A DNA stretch of 64,000 bases from Sedimentisphaerales bacterium. GTDB taxonomy: Bacteria > Planctomycetota > Phycisphaerae > Sedimentisphaerales > Anaerobacaceae. The translations under genes and the position numbers were made by a program. The notes beneath the pieces are model-generated. The model saw only the letters and a program-made list of their open reading frames with translations, was not told the origin of the DNA and searched no databases. The DNA is taken from positions 3,519 to 67,518 of the forward strand of contig JAFGRL010000103.1 in NCBI GenBank assembly GCA_016935195.1. The letters are read 5' to 3'. Each line of letters begins with the position of its first letter. The first letter of the stretch is position 1. Shown piece after piece: positions 9,555 through 20,285 of the stretch.

Positions 9555-10979
9555 TTAATTGTGTTCTTTCTTTTCGTTCTCGTCGTCTGAATCATTTTTT
9601 TCTTTGCGGAATTTCGTCATATACTTTTCGATGAGCTTGACATCAATCCGTTTTAGATCTTTATTCTCAAACATACTCAGCAATTTCCAGCCCAAATCGA
9701 GCGTTTCCTCTATCGGCCGGTTATCATAGTAGCGCTGTGAAACGTACTCGGCCTCAAACTTGCCGGCAAAGGTCATATACTTTTTGTCTTCATCCGAAAG
9801 AGCAGCTTCACCCATTATGGTCGCTAATTCTTCTATCTCTTTGCCGCGTGCATACGCCGCATAGAGCTGATTATACAAATCGGCGTGGTCTTCACGAGTC
9901 TTGTCCTGGCCGATACCTTTATCCTTAAGCCGGGAAAGGCTTGGCAAAACATCTATCGGTGGTGAGACTCCCTTTCTATGCAGTGAACGTGAGAGAATAA
10001 TTTGGCCTTCGGTTATATAGCCGGTTAGATCCGGAACAGGGTGTGTTTTGTCGTCCTCAGGCATAGTCAACACGGGAACCGTTGTGATAGAACCCTTTTT
10101 GCCTTTGATTCGCCCGGACCTCTCGTAAACCGTGGCCAGGTCCGTGTATAGATAGCCTGGGTATCCTCGTCTGCCAGGGACCTCTTTTCTGGCTGCGCTT
10201 ATCTCGCGAAGCGCCTCACAATAATTAGTCATATCATTAAGAATGACCAAAACGTGCATGTCAAGCTCATAAGCCAGATATTCAGCAGCAGTAAGTGCGA
10301 ATCTTGGCGTTGCAATTCGTTCAATGGCAGGGTCGTTTGCGAGGTTTAGAAACATAACTGCCCGCTCGATAGCGCCGGTGTTGTGAAGGTCGTCGATAAA
10401 GAATTGTGCCGCTTCAAAGGTAATTCCCATAGCTGCGAATACCACGGCAAACTTCTCGCCTTTACCCAGAATTGTCGCCTGACGAGCAAGTTGAGCAGTC
10501 AATTCATCATGAGGCAGACCCGAACCTGAAAATATCGGAAGCTTTTGCCCTCGTACCAGCGGATTGAGACCGTCTATGGCCGATATGCCCGTCTGTATAA
10601 ACTCTATCGGATAATCGCGGGCGTATGGATTGATAGGGCTGCCATTGATGTCCATCATCTTATCGGCAATCACAGCCGGAGCATCGTCTTTTGGCTCACC
10701 GAGCCCACTGAATACCCTGCCTAAAATATCCGGTGAGACACCAAACTCCAAAGGCCTGCCCAAAAACCGAACTGTACTTTTATCGACATCGACACCTCGC
10801 GTGCCTTCGAAGACCTGCACAAGGGCCTTGTCTTTCTCGACCTGCAGGATTTGTCCATGACGGATTGAGCCGTCTGCTAATTCTATTTCGACAATGTGGC
10901 CATATTTTGCCTCGTCAACCATCTCGACGAGCATCAATGGCCCGGCAATCTCGCTAACCGTTTGATACTCTTTAAGCAT
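9555..10979 (-). CDS. ntpB: V/A-type ATPase subunit B
   Basis: Typical regulatory-subunit sequence ([29 protein letters not shown]). It lies downstream of subunit A. Confidence 0.95.
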   Translation of the reverse strand: MLKEYQTVSEIAGPLMLVEMVDEAKYGHIVEIELADGSIRHGQILQVEKDKALVQVFEGTRGVDVDKSTVRFLGRPLEFGVSPDILGRVFSGLGEPKDDAPAVIADKMMDINGSPINPYARDYPIEFIQTGISAIDGLNPLVRGQKLPIFSGSGLPHDELTAQLARQATILGKGEKFAVVFAAMGITFEAAQFFIDDLHNTGAIERAVMFLNLANDPAIERIATPRFALTAAEYLAYELDMHVLVILNDMTNYCEALREISAARKEVPGRRGYPGYLYTDLATVYERSGRIKGKKGSITTVPVLTMPEDDKTHPVPDLTGYITEGQIILSRSLHRKGVSPPIDVLPSLSRLKDKGIGQDKTREDHADLYNQLYAAYARGKEIEELATIMGEAALSDEDKKYMTFAGKFEAEYVSQRYYDNRPIEETLDLGWKLLSMFENKDLKRIDVKLIEKYMTKFRKEKNDSDDENEKKEHN

Positions 10980-11009
10980 TTATAACTCCCTGTTTTTTAT
11001 TATCGATGT

Positions 11010-12788
11010 TTATGCGGCAGACGGCTGCAGCTGCTTGATTTGCTCATCTGTCATTTGCCTTATCCTGGCAATCTTATCCATCTCATTTTCCGGGATGTAT
11101 TTTGCTCTTGCAATGTCCTCGCGCACAGCCAGCTTGAAAATATCAGCAATTTCGACTTCATTGTTGACAGCTTCGAGCCCCTGTCGGTAAAAGTGCAGAA
11201 TGGTCTTGAGCATCTCATACTGTTTGTTAATTGAGGTATATGTGTCAATCTCATGAAATGCATTCTGATGGAGAAAATCTTCTCGTAGCATTCGAGCGAC
11301 ATCAATCGCCAATCTGTCGCGTGCAGAAAGTGCCTCGGCACCTACGAGCCTGACTATCTCCAAAAGCTCTGACTCCTTCTGCAAAAGATTCATTGCCTCG
11401 GCTGCCAGTGCCTCCATTTCCTCGCCCTGTTGGTTTTGCTCGAAATGTTCTTTGAGGTACTGCTTATAAAATGAGTAGCTCGTCAGCCAGTCGATTGCAG
11501 GAAAATGGCGTTGGTATGCCAGTTCTGCTTTAAGTGACCAGAACACTTTAACAACGTGCAGGGTTGCCTGAACAACGGGGTCTGAAAGGTCTCCGCCTGG
11601 CGGACTGACCGCGCCTATAACCGACAGCCCCCCTTGGCGCTCAGGACTGCCTAAGCATCGGACTCGGCCTGCTCTTTCATAAAAGGCTGCGATTCGGGCT
11701 GCCAGATACGCTGGATAACCCTCCTCAGCAGGCATCTCTTCGAGTCGGGTCGATATCTCCCGCATTGCTTCAGCCCATCGGCTTGTGCTGTCAGCCATCA
11801 ATGCCACAATATAACCCATATCCCGGTAATACTCGGCGATAGTTATACCTGTATAGACTGAGGCTTCTCTGGCGGCTACCGGCATATTGGATGTATTGGC
11901 AATCAGAACAGAACGCCGCATTAATGGCTCACCGCTTCGAGGGTCCTTCAATTCCGGGAATTCTGTCAAGACATCGGTCATCTCATTGCCACGCTCACCA
12001 CAGCCAACATAGACAACTATGTCGGCTTCGACCCATTTGGCCAATTGGTGCTGGATAACAGTCTTTCCCGAACCGAAAGGCCCGGGAACACATGCGGTCC
12101 CGCCCTTTGTTATTGGAAAAAATGTATCGATAATACGCTGGCCGGTACTTAGCATAATATTAGGGATAAGCCTTTGCCGGGCTGGCCGGGCGCTGCGGAC
12201 AGGACATATCTGCATCAGTTTTATCTCGCTCTCGATGCTGCCCTCTACGCAGATGGCAACGGGCTCATCCACTGTAAAATCACCTTCCTTGATTTTTTTA
12301 ATCGTTCCTTTAATTGTTGCAGGTACCATTACCCTGTGCACAACAAGTTCGGTCTCCTGAACCTGGCCTATGATATCTCCGGGGCCAACTTTAGTTCCTT
12401 CTTTAACCACGGGTTTGAAGCGCCACTTCTTTTGTCTGTTCAGCCCTGGTATTGAAATGCCTCTGCTCATAAAATCGCCTTCAGCTTTGACCAGAGAATC
12501 AAGAGGCCTTTGAATACCATCGTAAATGCTTTCGATAAGACCAGGGCCTAACTCGACACTCAATGGGGCCCGGGTATCGGTCACTTCTTCACCCGGACCG
12601 AGGCCTCCGGTTTCTTCATAAACCTGAATCGAAGCCAAATCACCGCGAAGCTCAACGATTTCACCAATCAGATTAAGACTGCCTACACGAACAACATCGT
12701 ACATTCGGGCCCCGGTCATATTTTCGGCAACAACCACAGGCCCTGCGACTTTCACAATCCTGCCAATATTTGTCTCATTCATTATCAA
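11010..12788 (-). CDS. ntpA: V/A-type ATPase catalytic subunit A
   Basis: Walker A GPFGSGKTV is present, with the non-homologous insert typical of A subunits and PAEEGYPAYLAARIA. The start could also be the ATG at 12782. Confidence 0.95.
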   Translation of the reverse strand: MIMNETNIGRIVKVAGPVVVAENMTGARMYDVVRVGSLNLIGEIVELRGDLASIQVYEETGGLGPGEEVTDTRAPLSVELGPGLIESIYDGIQRPLDSLVKAEGDFMSRGISIPGLNRQKKWRFKPVVKEGTKVGPGDIIGQVQETELVVHRVMVPATIKGTIKKIKEGDFTVDEPVAICVEGSIESEIKLMQICPVRSARPARQRLIPNIMLSTGQRIIDTFFPITKGGTACVPGPFGSGKTVIQHQLAKWVEADIVVYVGCGERGNEMTDVLTEFPELKDPRSGEPLMRRSVLIANTSNMPVAAREASVYTGITIAEYYRDMGYIVALMADSTSRWAEAMREISTRLEEMPAEEGYPAYLAARIAAFYERAGRVRCLGSPERQGGLSVIGAVSPPGGDLSDPVVQATLHVVKVFWSLKAELAYQRHFPAIDWLTSYSFYKQYLKEHFEQNQQGEEMEALAAEAMNLLQKESELLEIVRLVGAEALSARDRLAIDVARMLREDFLHQNAFHEIDTYTSINKQYEMLKTILHFYRQGLEAVNNEVEIADIFKLAVREDIARAKYIPENEMDKIARIRQMTDEQIKQLQPSAA

Positions 12789-13095
12789 TCCCCGTAGCCA
12801 TTTTTAGCACTTTACCTAAAGCTTTTGCTGCGGTTCCTTTGGTTTCGCCGGTAAATGGAACGACCAGAATGCACGGAAGCGGGGCATTCTGCCGGGCTGC
12901 GAAAATCTCCTCTACCAAGGGCATAGTGCTCTCACATACCACGATTAAAGCGTATTTGTTTTCAAGAATTTTTTTAGCATTATCCAGAGCCTGCTCGGAA
13001 TTTTCCGCTGTAAATGTGTCGGTGCCAAGGGCTGAAAACGCACTGACAAAATCCGACTCGCCTAAAATTGCAATCTTTCCTTCCATATTTGCCAA
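12775..13095 (-). CDS. ntpG: V/A-type ATPase subunit F
   Basis: A 106-aa protein (KIAILGESDFVSAFSALG...ALIVV) in the expected position before subunit A. Its stop overlaps the ntpA start. Confidence 0.75.
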   Translation of the reverse strand: MANMEGKIAILGESDFVSAFSALGTDTFTAENSEQALDNAKKILENKYALIVVCESTMPLVEEIFAARQNAPLPCILVVPFTGETKGTAAKALGKVLKMATGIDNE

Positions 13096-13106
13096 CAGGT
13101 CCTGTC

Positions 13107-14159
13107 TTATGAAATACGGTCTAAAATCAGCCTTTTATCTATCCAGTGTTTCCTGGCGGTCAATATAAACCTCACTTTCCGAATCTCGGCCTCCTTCAAT
13201 AATAGATATGCAATAACCGGCTGAGGCCCTGCTGTAATCTGAGAAGTTGTTCTCAGAAATCCGTAAAAGTAATCCTCACACTGCTGCTCGGCCTTCAAAA
13301 AAGATTTATTCGCCTTAAGATAACTCGAGCCTCTGTCAACAATATCATAGTATGGGGTCGGAAAAAAGCCTGCCTCGGTTACATCCAGTTCCATATGCAG
13401 CGAATCCTCGAATACTTCCGCAGGGACATAGCCACCTTCTAAAAAAATATTGTGTACATCCAACTCTGAAAATTTCACTCTGAGCATCGTGCGAATATTT
13501 GTAAGGTCTGTCTGAATCCGAAAAAGGGCCAGCAGAAACTCGCCCTTCAACTGCCCTGCTCTTGTTAGATTGTAATTGTTTTGCGCAACATCGATAGCGT
13601 AATCGATTTGCCGTATGTCCTTATTTTGGTAGTAAGCTAAAATAGCTGTCTCTGCCGCCTCGGCCATATACTCAGGAAGTGCAAATTCGCCTATGTACTC
13701 TTTTTCCTGCGACTCGAAGGCCTTTTCAATTTCTTCGGCCGGGAAATTGCCGTCACTGCCATAGTCTGTCCCCAGGGTCTTTTCCGTCATCAATCGTCTA
13801 AGCGCCAGTCGAAGATTCACAAAATCGGTTCGCGACTTAAACAGAAATACTATTTCCTCATCTATCATAAGCTCGGCAAACAACTGCCTGACAGCGTCTC
13901 TCTTTGCCAGAAGCACATTCTCAAATCGGCCGGTATTTTTACTCTCAGCCGACAGTGAATATTCACTTGAGCTTAAAAGCTCTGCCGCCTGTGAGAAATC
14001 CTCTGCTGCTGCCATATCTGAAAGTATCGCACCCGAAAGCATCTGTGTCTCAAGTGCCCTGACCCTGGCGGTCTGGAATGTATAGCGCCAATCATCTCGG
14101 CCAATAGCAGGATAGGTGTAGAAATCTATAACAGGCATGTCAGAAATTGCTGTTATCAT
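13107..14159 (-). CDS. ntpC: V/A-type ATPase subunit C (eukaryotic d-type)
   Basis: A 350-aa helical protein in the C position of the operon, with a 4-nt ATGA overlap with the upstream subunit E gene. Confidence 0.75.
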   Translation of the reverse strand: MITAISDMPVIDFYTYPAIGRDDWRYTFQTARVRALETQMLSGAILSDMAAAEDFSQAAELLSSSEYSLSAESKNTGRFENVLLAKRDAVRQLFAELMIDEEIVFLFKSRTDFVNLRLALRRLMTEKTLGTDYGSDGNFPAEEIEKAFESQEKEYIGEFALPEYMAEAAETAILAYYQNKDIRQIDYAIDVAQNNYNLTRAGQLKGEFLLALFRIQTDLTNIRTMLRVKFSELDVHNIFLEGGYVPAEVFEDSLHMELDVTEAGFFPTPYYDIVDRGSSYLKANKSFLKAEQQCEDYFYGFLRTTSQITAGPQPVIAYLLLKEAEIRKVRFILTARKHWIDKRLILDRIS

Positions 14160-14749
14160 TGTTCGGCTTTAAATAATTCCTTAGCTAACTCAACCTCCAG
14201 TTCAGTTCGCACTCTGGCAATCAAAACATCGAATGTAACATTGGTTTTGATTTTGCCTCGGTCCAAGATGAAACCGCCGCTCATTTTTCTTTTTTCTTCA
14301 GCGAGTTTGATACTGCCGTTATCCTTAAGAAGCTTATTGATTTCATCGATAAATGATTGGTCGATAACTTTCTCATTGTAATCGACAATTACTTCTTCTT
14401 CACCGGTTTCAACTGCTTCAAGCATCAGTTTTTTCATAAGTTTTTTGTAGTCCTGCTCCAACAGCTTCTCTAATCGTTTGCGTGCCTGCGAAAAGACCTC
14501 ATCAAGTATTGCTCTTTTTTCTGTCAACAATTGCTTTGCCGATTGCATCCGTGCCGATGCCAGCATTCGCTCTTTTTTCTCTTTAGCTGCATTTTGTGCC
14601 AATGTATGTGTTTGCTGCTGATAGTTTCCAAGCTTCTCTTGGAATTCGGCCTGCTCGGCGGCCTGCTTTTGGCCGGCATCGGATTTTATCTTTTCAGCCT
14701 CAGCCTCGGCGTCAGCTAAAATCTTATTTGTGACTTGTTCTGATTCCAT
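14156..14749 (-). CDS. ntpE: V/A-type ATPase subunit E (peripheral stalk)
   Basis: A 197-aa protein with a charged coiled-coil N-terminus (ILADAEAEAEKIKSDA) and a globular C-terminus. Its operon position fits. Confidence 0.75.
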   Translation of the reverse strand: MESEQVTNKILADAEAEAEKIKSDAGQKQAAEQAEFQEKLGNYQQQTHTLAQNAAKEKKERMLASARMQSAKQLLTEKRAILDEVFSQARKRLEKLLEQDYKKLMKKLMLEAVETGEEEVIVDYNEKVIDQSFIDEINKLLKDNGSIKLAEEKRKMSGGFILDRGKIKTNVTFDVLIARVRTELEVELAKELFKAEQ

Positions 14750-14779
14750 TTTTTTGCTTTATCGTAAGAAAGTTGTTCT

Positions 14780-15301
<522 letters not shown>

Positions 15302-15328
15302 CTACATTAAAACGCTTACTATATTCGG

Positions 15329-17299
15329 CTAACTTCCCTTTATATAAATATGTCTGTACTGCTTCGACAAAGGCTCAAACAACTTGCCGTCACCTTCGAA
15401 AAATTTAGGAAAAAATTCCGCATATTGCAGTCTCAGGGTATGCACAAACGCACTAAGTGCACTAAATAACATATTGAAGGTATGACCTCCTATAAGTATA
15501 ACTATCGCAACGACCACACCAATACTGTATGGTATCCCAATAGCGGTAGATAATATATCCGGTATAATTTTCGCAATAATATTTGTCGCCATCGCCATAC
15601 CTGCTGTTACCATTCCCAGCGCCATCAGTCTCAGATAACTGAGCACATCACCCATATAAAATACTGCGCTGAATAAATTGTATAATCCCATACCTATTCG
15701 TCCTCCCCAGCTGCCTTGGTGGTGGCTGAACAAAAGGATTAATATGGCTGGGAAAAGCGCCATTAAACCGGATATTCTCCCGGCCTTTCCACCGACAAAA
15801 ATACATATTACAATCAAGTTCAGCATTACAAGCCACGTCAACTGGTCGAACGCAGCCGCTGCATAGTCCTTTTGTCTGATGTTATGGAAGAAAGCAATGA
15901 AAAGACCGGTTAAAATCTGGATATATCCTAACGACAGGGACAACTTAAAGAAAAACATTGGATTCTCAAGAGGGTCGAACCACATCATTTTTTCTCTAAA
16001 AGGTGATAACGCCGGTATAAACTGCTGTACCGCATCTCCAAACCATCCTCCGGTTAAAGCACCTGCAAATATTGTAAACACCCCGCAAAAACCCAGCATC
16101 CACATCAACTTTTTATCGCCTTGCATTTTTTTAATAAAGACAGCAATCAAGGCAATCAACAAAAGACCATACCCGGCATCCGTAAGGCATAATGCAAAAA
16201 ACAAAGCAAAAAATGGCGCAAGAAAAGCGGTTGGGTCAACATTATAATGCTGCGGCATACCGTAGAGCCTTGTTACAACTTCAAAAGGCCTAAAAGCCCT
16301 GTTATTCTCTATCTCAACAGGTATTTCTTCATCTTCGCCAGCTTCAATCTCACTTAAGCTCGATGCTCCAAATTCCGAAACCACCTTCTCTAACTGCGGA
16401 TAATCTTTCCTTTTAACCCAACCCTCTAAAATAACTGTCTGCTCAGTTGCAGGAGCTGTACCTTTCGTCTGTTCTCTGCTAAGCAGATTGCTGTAATGGT
16501 CATGAAGTATTTTCAGTTCAAGGAGACTTTCCGTCAGCTCTGTTGCCTTTTGGAAGTTTTGATTAAGCTGTTTTACTGCCTGGTCTAATTTATTTTTAGT
16601 CTGAGTCGATAACTGGGCTGCGGTTCCGGCCATAGATTCAAAACTAAATACTTCAAAATCCAGTGACCGCAGCATCTTTTGCAACTCCGGCAATTCATCT
16701 TTTCGGCCAACAATAATACACGCATATTGATTGTTTGAGATGCCAACTCGCTGAATTGCCCCGCCCAGTTCGACAGTTTGTTGCTCTGCCTGGGCGATAT
16801 GCTGTGTTGGTATCATTCCTGCAAGAGAAAATGTTCGGCTAAGCCCGCCAAGTTCTTCAACCGGCACCTCCAGATTATGCCAGGGTTGCAGCTTATGCAA
16901 AGTTTCCTCAAGATTCTCAATGTCCACTCGCAGCTTATCTATTTGTGATTCCGTCTGCTCACACTGTGAAACAATTTCCAGAATTTCTTTATTAGAGATT
17001 GCCTTTCGATATGATTGTTCGTCTATCACACACCGGCCGGAAAGAATGCTCGCAAGACCTTTCGACTTTTCGCAAAAACCCTCAAGGAATCTTATACTTT
17101 TTGACAACCGACCTAACAGCTCTTCAATATCTCTCGGCTGCTCAATGGCACCCCCAAGCTCGGGCCAATCCTTGGCTATTTGCGCCTCCTCAGCATTTAA
17201 TATTTGGCAAAGCCCTGCTGCCTGCAGATCCTCCAGTAACTGCGTCACTTCACTGCGGTGACTGGCAATAAGCACTTTTTTCATCTGGACAATTGCCAT
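15329..17299 (-). CDS. ntpI: V/A-type ATPase subunit I (a-type stator/membrane subunit)
   Basis: A 656-aa protein with a soluble coiled-coil N-terminal half and a polytopic C-terminal half ending LRLQYAEFFPKFF (conserved Arg region). Confidence 0.85.
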   Translation of the reverse strand: MAIVQMKKVLIASHRSEVTQLLEDLQAAGLCQILNAEEAQIAKDWPELGGAIEQPRDIEELLGRLSKSIRFLEGFCEKSKGLASILSGRCVIDEQSYRKAISNKEILEIVSQCEQTESQIDKLRVDIENLEETLHKLQPWHNLEVPVEELGGLSRTFSLAGMIPTQHIAQAEQQTVELGGAIQRVGISNNQYACIIVGRKDELPELQKMLRSLDFEVFSFESMAGTAAQLSTQTKNKLDQAVKQLNQNFQKATELTESLLELKILHDHYSNLLSREQTKGTAPATEQTVILEGWVKRKDYPQLEKVVSEFGASSLSEIEAGEDEEIPVEIENNRAFRPFEVVTRLYGMPQHYNVDPTAFLAPFFALFFALCLTDAGYGLLLIALIAVFIKKMQGDKKLMWMLGFCGVFTIFAGALTGGWFGDAVQQFIPALSPFREKMMWFDPLENPMFFFKLSLSLGYIQILTGLFIAFFHNIRQKDYAAAAFDQLTWLVMLNLIVICIFVGGKAGRISGLMALFPAILILLFSHHQGSWGGRIGMGLYNLFSAVFYMGDVLSYLRLMALGMVTAGMAMATNIIAKIIPDILSTAIGIPYSIGVVVAIVILIGGHTFNMLFSALSAFVHTLRLQYAEFFPKFFEGDGKLFEPLSKQYRHIYIKGS

Positions 17300-17309
17300 T
17301 ATGTGCCTT

Positions 17310-17660
17310 TCAGGACATCTCCTTTGTACTGCTCTTTGTTAGTCCGGAATACAAAAACTCCATAATTCTTTCTGCCGCTTTTTTTTCCTTACTCTCAACG
17401 GCCTTGTGCACCTGCTGCAGCTTTTTCTGTGCCCTGGCACCGAGTTCTTCAACTTCCCTCAACCCTTGTGTTTCTGCTTTTGCTACAGCCGCTTCGACGG
17501 CTTTTTTTCTTGCCTGCTCAGCCTCTGCCACAGCCTGGTCGTGATTTTCCCGCAGCTTCTCGGCCTGCTGGGCCGCATCAGATTTGGCTTTGTCGATAAT
17601 TTCCTGTGCCTGAGCTTCTGCCTGCTTAATCTTTCTTATCAGGTCCATTTTCTTTCCCAA
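17310..17660 (-). CDS. ntpF: Small coiled-coil V/A-ATPase stalk subunit (G/H-like, NtpF position)
   Basis: A 116-aa Ala/Glu/Lys/Gln-rich helix protein, the first gene of the operon, 10 nt upstream of ntpI. Confidence 0.55.
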   Translation of the reverse strand: MGKKMDLIRKIKQAEAQAQEIIDKAKSDAAQQAEKLRENHDQAVAEAEQARKKAVEAAVAKAETQGLREVEELGARAQKKLQQVHKAVESKEKKAAERIMEFLYSGLTKSSTKEMS

Positions 17661-17787
17661 AGAAACGAAAGACGGGACAATACAACATTATCCGAATAAG
17701 TTCAACCATTAAATACTAATGTAGTGGCTTTACTTAATGCACTCTACGCAAAACCTGACTCGAATACAAGGAGGTCGGCAGTATTCA

Positions 17788-17817
17788 TTGACAAAACGAC
17801 AGGATTACAGTTAGATA
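17788..17817 (+). promoter_or_regulatory. Candidate promoter for the NUDIX-like gene in the divergent region
   Basis: TTGACA at 17788-17793, a 17-18 nt spacer, then ttagata. The -10 is weak. Confidence 0.3.
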
Positions 17818-17856
17818 TGTTCATAACACAGATGAACTGAAAAAAGGAGTAAGTGC

Positions 17857-18612
17857 ATGGCTGGACAAGAGAAGGTGCTGGTTATCGAGCGAAAAATCCT
17901 CGAAGAGGCAGGAATGTTTAATGGATTGATGTTTGATGTAGAACGCTATCTCCGCAAACTCTTTGCGCCCGGCGCAGCTCGTTTTATGCTCAGGTCGGAT
18001 GCCGAAAAAGATGCTGACTATAAACAGCTCATTCCTTACGTGATTATAAGTCATAAAGGCAAATACCTCAGCTACGTTCGGGGAAAACGGGCCGGCGAAA
18101 CTCGGCTTGTCGGCCTCAGGTCAATCGGAATAGGAGGCCACATAAACCCTGTCGATGACATGCCCTTATTCAGTAACGACTTCTACGAAGCGTACCTTGC
18201 AGCAGTTGAGCGTGAAGTGGCCGAGGAAATCTCGGTAGAGACCAGCCACACTGATTGCGTTGCTGCCCTTCTCAATGACGAATCCAATGAGGTCGGCAGT
18301 GTCCATCTCGGAATAGTCCACCATTGGATTCTAAAAGCTCCGGAAGTTGCCAGGCGGGAGCAGATGATTACCCAAATGTCTTTTATGACACCCGCCCAAC
18401 TGCAGCAACTCCGGGACAGTATGGAGACGTGGTCGCAGTTATGCCTGGCCGGCCTTGCCGAGATGACAAAAAAAGCAGCTTCTCATAACCCAATCATGCC
18501 GCCACCAAAAGTCCAAATACCAAGCCCCGACCGTAGCCTGTCCTCCGTAGTTCCGAAGGGACGAAGGATGGAAGGGAGGGGACACATCAACTCAAAACCC
18601 TGTCCTGAGTAA
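17857..18612 (+). CDS. NUDIX-family phosphoesterase-like protein (COG4112-type), with a repeat-encoded C-terminal tail
   Basis: YKQLIPYVIISHKGKYLSYVRGKRAGETRL..GIGGHINP and EREVAEEI form a Nudix-like box. The last ~25 codons lie in CCTGTCCT..CGAAGG repeat units. Confidence 0.6.
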   Translation: MAGQEKVLVIERKILEEAGMFNGLMFDVERYLRKLFAPGAARFMLRSDAEKDADYKQLIPYVIISHKGKYLSYVRGKRAGETRLVGLRSIGIGGHINPVDDMPLFSNDFYEAYLAAVEREVAEEISVETSHTDCVAALLNDESNEVGSVHLGIVHHWILKAPEVARREQMITQMSFMTPAQLQQLRDSMETWSQLCLAGLAEMTKKAASHNPIMPPPKVQIPSPDRSLSSVVPKGRRMEGRGHINSKPCPE

Positions 18613-18636
18613 GCGAAGCGCATCGAAGGGTCCAAT
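18537..18636 (+). repeat. Two tandem CCTGTCCT-N-CGAAGG(G) units ending in TCCAATCTC, related to the hairpin repeat family
   Basis: cctgtcct occurs at 18537 and 18599, each followed by (c)gaaggg. Compare 60966-60990 (cctgtcctaagcaaagtcgaaggag) and the reverse copy near 32350-32410. Confidence 0.6.
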
Positions 18637-18784
18637 CTCTTTTATTAAATGATCCCGCGTTTTAGTATTTTATGACTGGACACCTTTAATTGCAGCAGAC
18701 AGAGCTTTTTCAAGCGAGCTATTGTAATCGCCGCATACGATATTACGGCTGATAACCTCCGAACGTGCCTGAGCTACTGCTTTT

Positions 18785-19291
18785 TCATACAGTTGCAGAA
18801 AAACCTTGGTGAAACACCACAACACCCTGAGCCTTGTTTTCGCCAAACGGCAGGGCAAGAAAGTTCTCATGGGGGACTCCTTCGAGAATCAATTCCGGCA
18901 GATTTCTGAACCCGAACTGTTCGTAGTACTTCGGATCGCCCACAAGAACACATCCTCTGGCTCCTAAGCCTTTCAGCAAAGATAGGCCTTCGTGTATGAG
19001 GGCTTTCCCTATACCTTGTTTCTGGTATTCGGGCAACACGGAAAAGGGGCCGAGACCATACCAATTCTGACTACTATCAGAAATCGTTACCGGAGAAAAC
19101 GCGATATGCCCCACCAATATTCCCTCAACGTCCGCCACCAGGGAAACGGTCAAGGCATCAGCCGCTCGCAATGCATGGATAATAAACTGTTCGGTGTGAT
19201 TGCCGTATTGGCAATTCTTAAACGCGGCAAGGGTGACTTCTGTTATTGCTTCAATATCTGACTCTATTTCTTTACGGATAATCATATTCAA
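18785..19291 (-). CDS. GNAT-family N-acetyltransferase (YhbS-like)
   Basis: A 168-aa protein with the acetyl-CoA pocket motif LPEYQKQGIGKALI and a C-terminal YYEQFGF. Confidence 0.8.
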   Translation of the reverse strand: MNMIIRKEIESDIEAITEVTLAAFKNCQYGNHTEQFIIHALRAADALTVSLVADVEGILVGHIAFSPVTISDSSQNWYGLGPFSVLPEYQKQGIGKALIHEGLSLLKGLGARGCVLVGDPKYYEQFGFRNLPELILEGVPHENFLALPFGENKAQGVVVFHQGFSATV

Positions 19292-19456
19292 CTCCTATTT
19301 ACGCTACAGGTGCTATTTATTCTAACATTTCCCATTTACACGGTTAAAAAACATAATATTTCTCCTGCCCAACAATAACAATGCAGTCTATATAACAGCT
19401 TCCCGTTGCTTCTTCAATTTCGCTAATAATTCTTTTGTTTCTTAGGTATGATTATT

Positions 19457-20218
19457 CTAAAACATTTCACAATATTTTTTTATTATTTCTTCAATAGTAT
19501 TGAAATCGGTGATAAGCTGAGCATGTAAAATAATAGATTTACTCTTAGAAAAAGCGTGGCTGACAAGAAAGCATATATCTCCGATGCTATCCTGTTCTTT
19601 GCGAAGTTTTTTTATCATGCCCATGTCCAAATCACACGATTTGTAGCAAACGGCAATTTTATTCTCGATTTGCTCTACTTGCGATTTTTGTTCAGGAGTT
19701 AACGTTTTGGGAGGCACATAAAGAGGAATTCGGTGTGATAGTGCGTCGCGGTAGTTTTTAAGATATTCAGCATACCATTTCTTATTGCGATCAGAATTGA
19801 GATAGCATCGAAATTCTTTAGTTAGATGTTCTTGCGTTTTTTTCTGATACAAGCCAACCTTCATTTTATCAACTTTGGCAGCCAATTGTTTTTCGTGGAT
19901 CAATACCCACGCCAGATTATCCAAAAGCCCAAAAATATTTACAAGAAAGGCGTGTAAATTAATATCAACATCACTTAATTCATTCATGCTCAATAGATTA
20001 ATTCTTTCTATCGGAAAGATTGTGAAAACATTCTCTACAGAACGCATCATAATACCCAGTCTGCGCATAACTCCATGGCTCAAATATTCCTTAGCTTTTT
20101 CTGTTTTCAGTCTGTAATACAATTTCCAAAGTTTAATTGTAAGATCCAAGTGTCGTGAGTTTATTAATGCTAACTCCGATTTAATCTTATCAACATCATC
20201 CTGCTTAAGAAATGACAT
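19457..20218 (-). CDS. Hypothetical protein with HEPN-like Rx4H motif (YRDALSHRIPLY)
   Basis: A clean 253-aa ORF in a ~35% GC segment. R157-x4-H162 (codons at 19748-19750 and 19733-19735) sits in a predicted helical context. I recognise no other family. Confidence 0.6.
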   Translation of the reverse strand: MSFLKQDDVDKIKSELALINSRHLDLTIKLWKLYYRLKTEKAKEYLSHGVMRRLGIMMRSVENVFTIFPIERINLLSMNELSDVDINLHAFLVNIFGLLDNLAWVLIHEKQLAAKVDKMKVGLYQKKTQEHLTKEFRCYLNSDRNKKWYAEYLKNYRDALSHRIPLYVPPKTLTPEQKSQVEQIENKIAVCYKSCDLDMGMIKKLRKEQDSIGDICFLVSHAFSKSKSIILHAQLITDFNTIEEIIKKYCEMF

Positions 20219-20285
20219 ATTTTTCTCTATACCTAACCATGATTATAAAAATTCATCCGCCTATGGCGGGCTCGTCCAATCTCTT

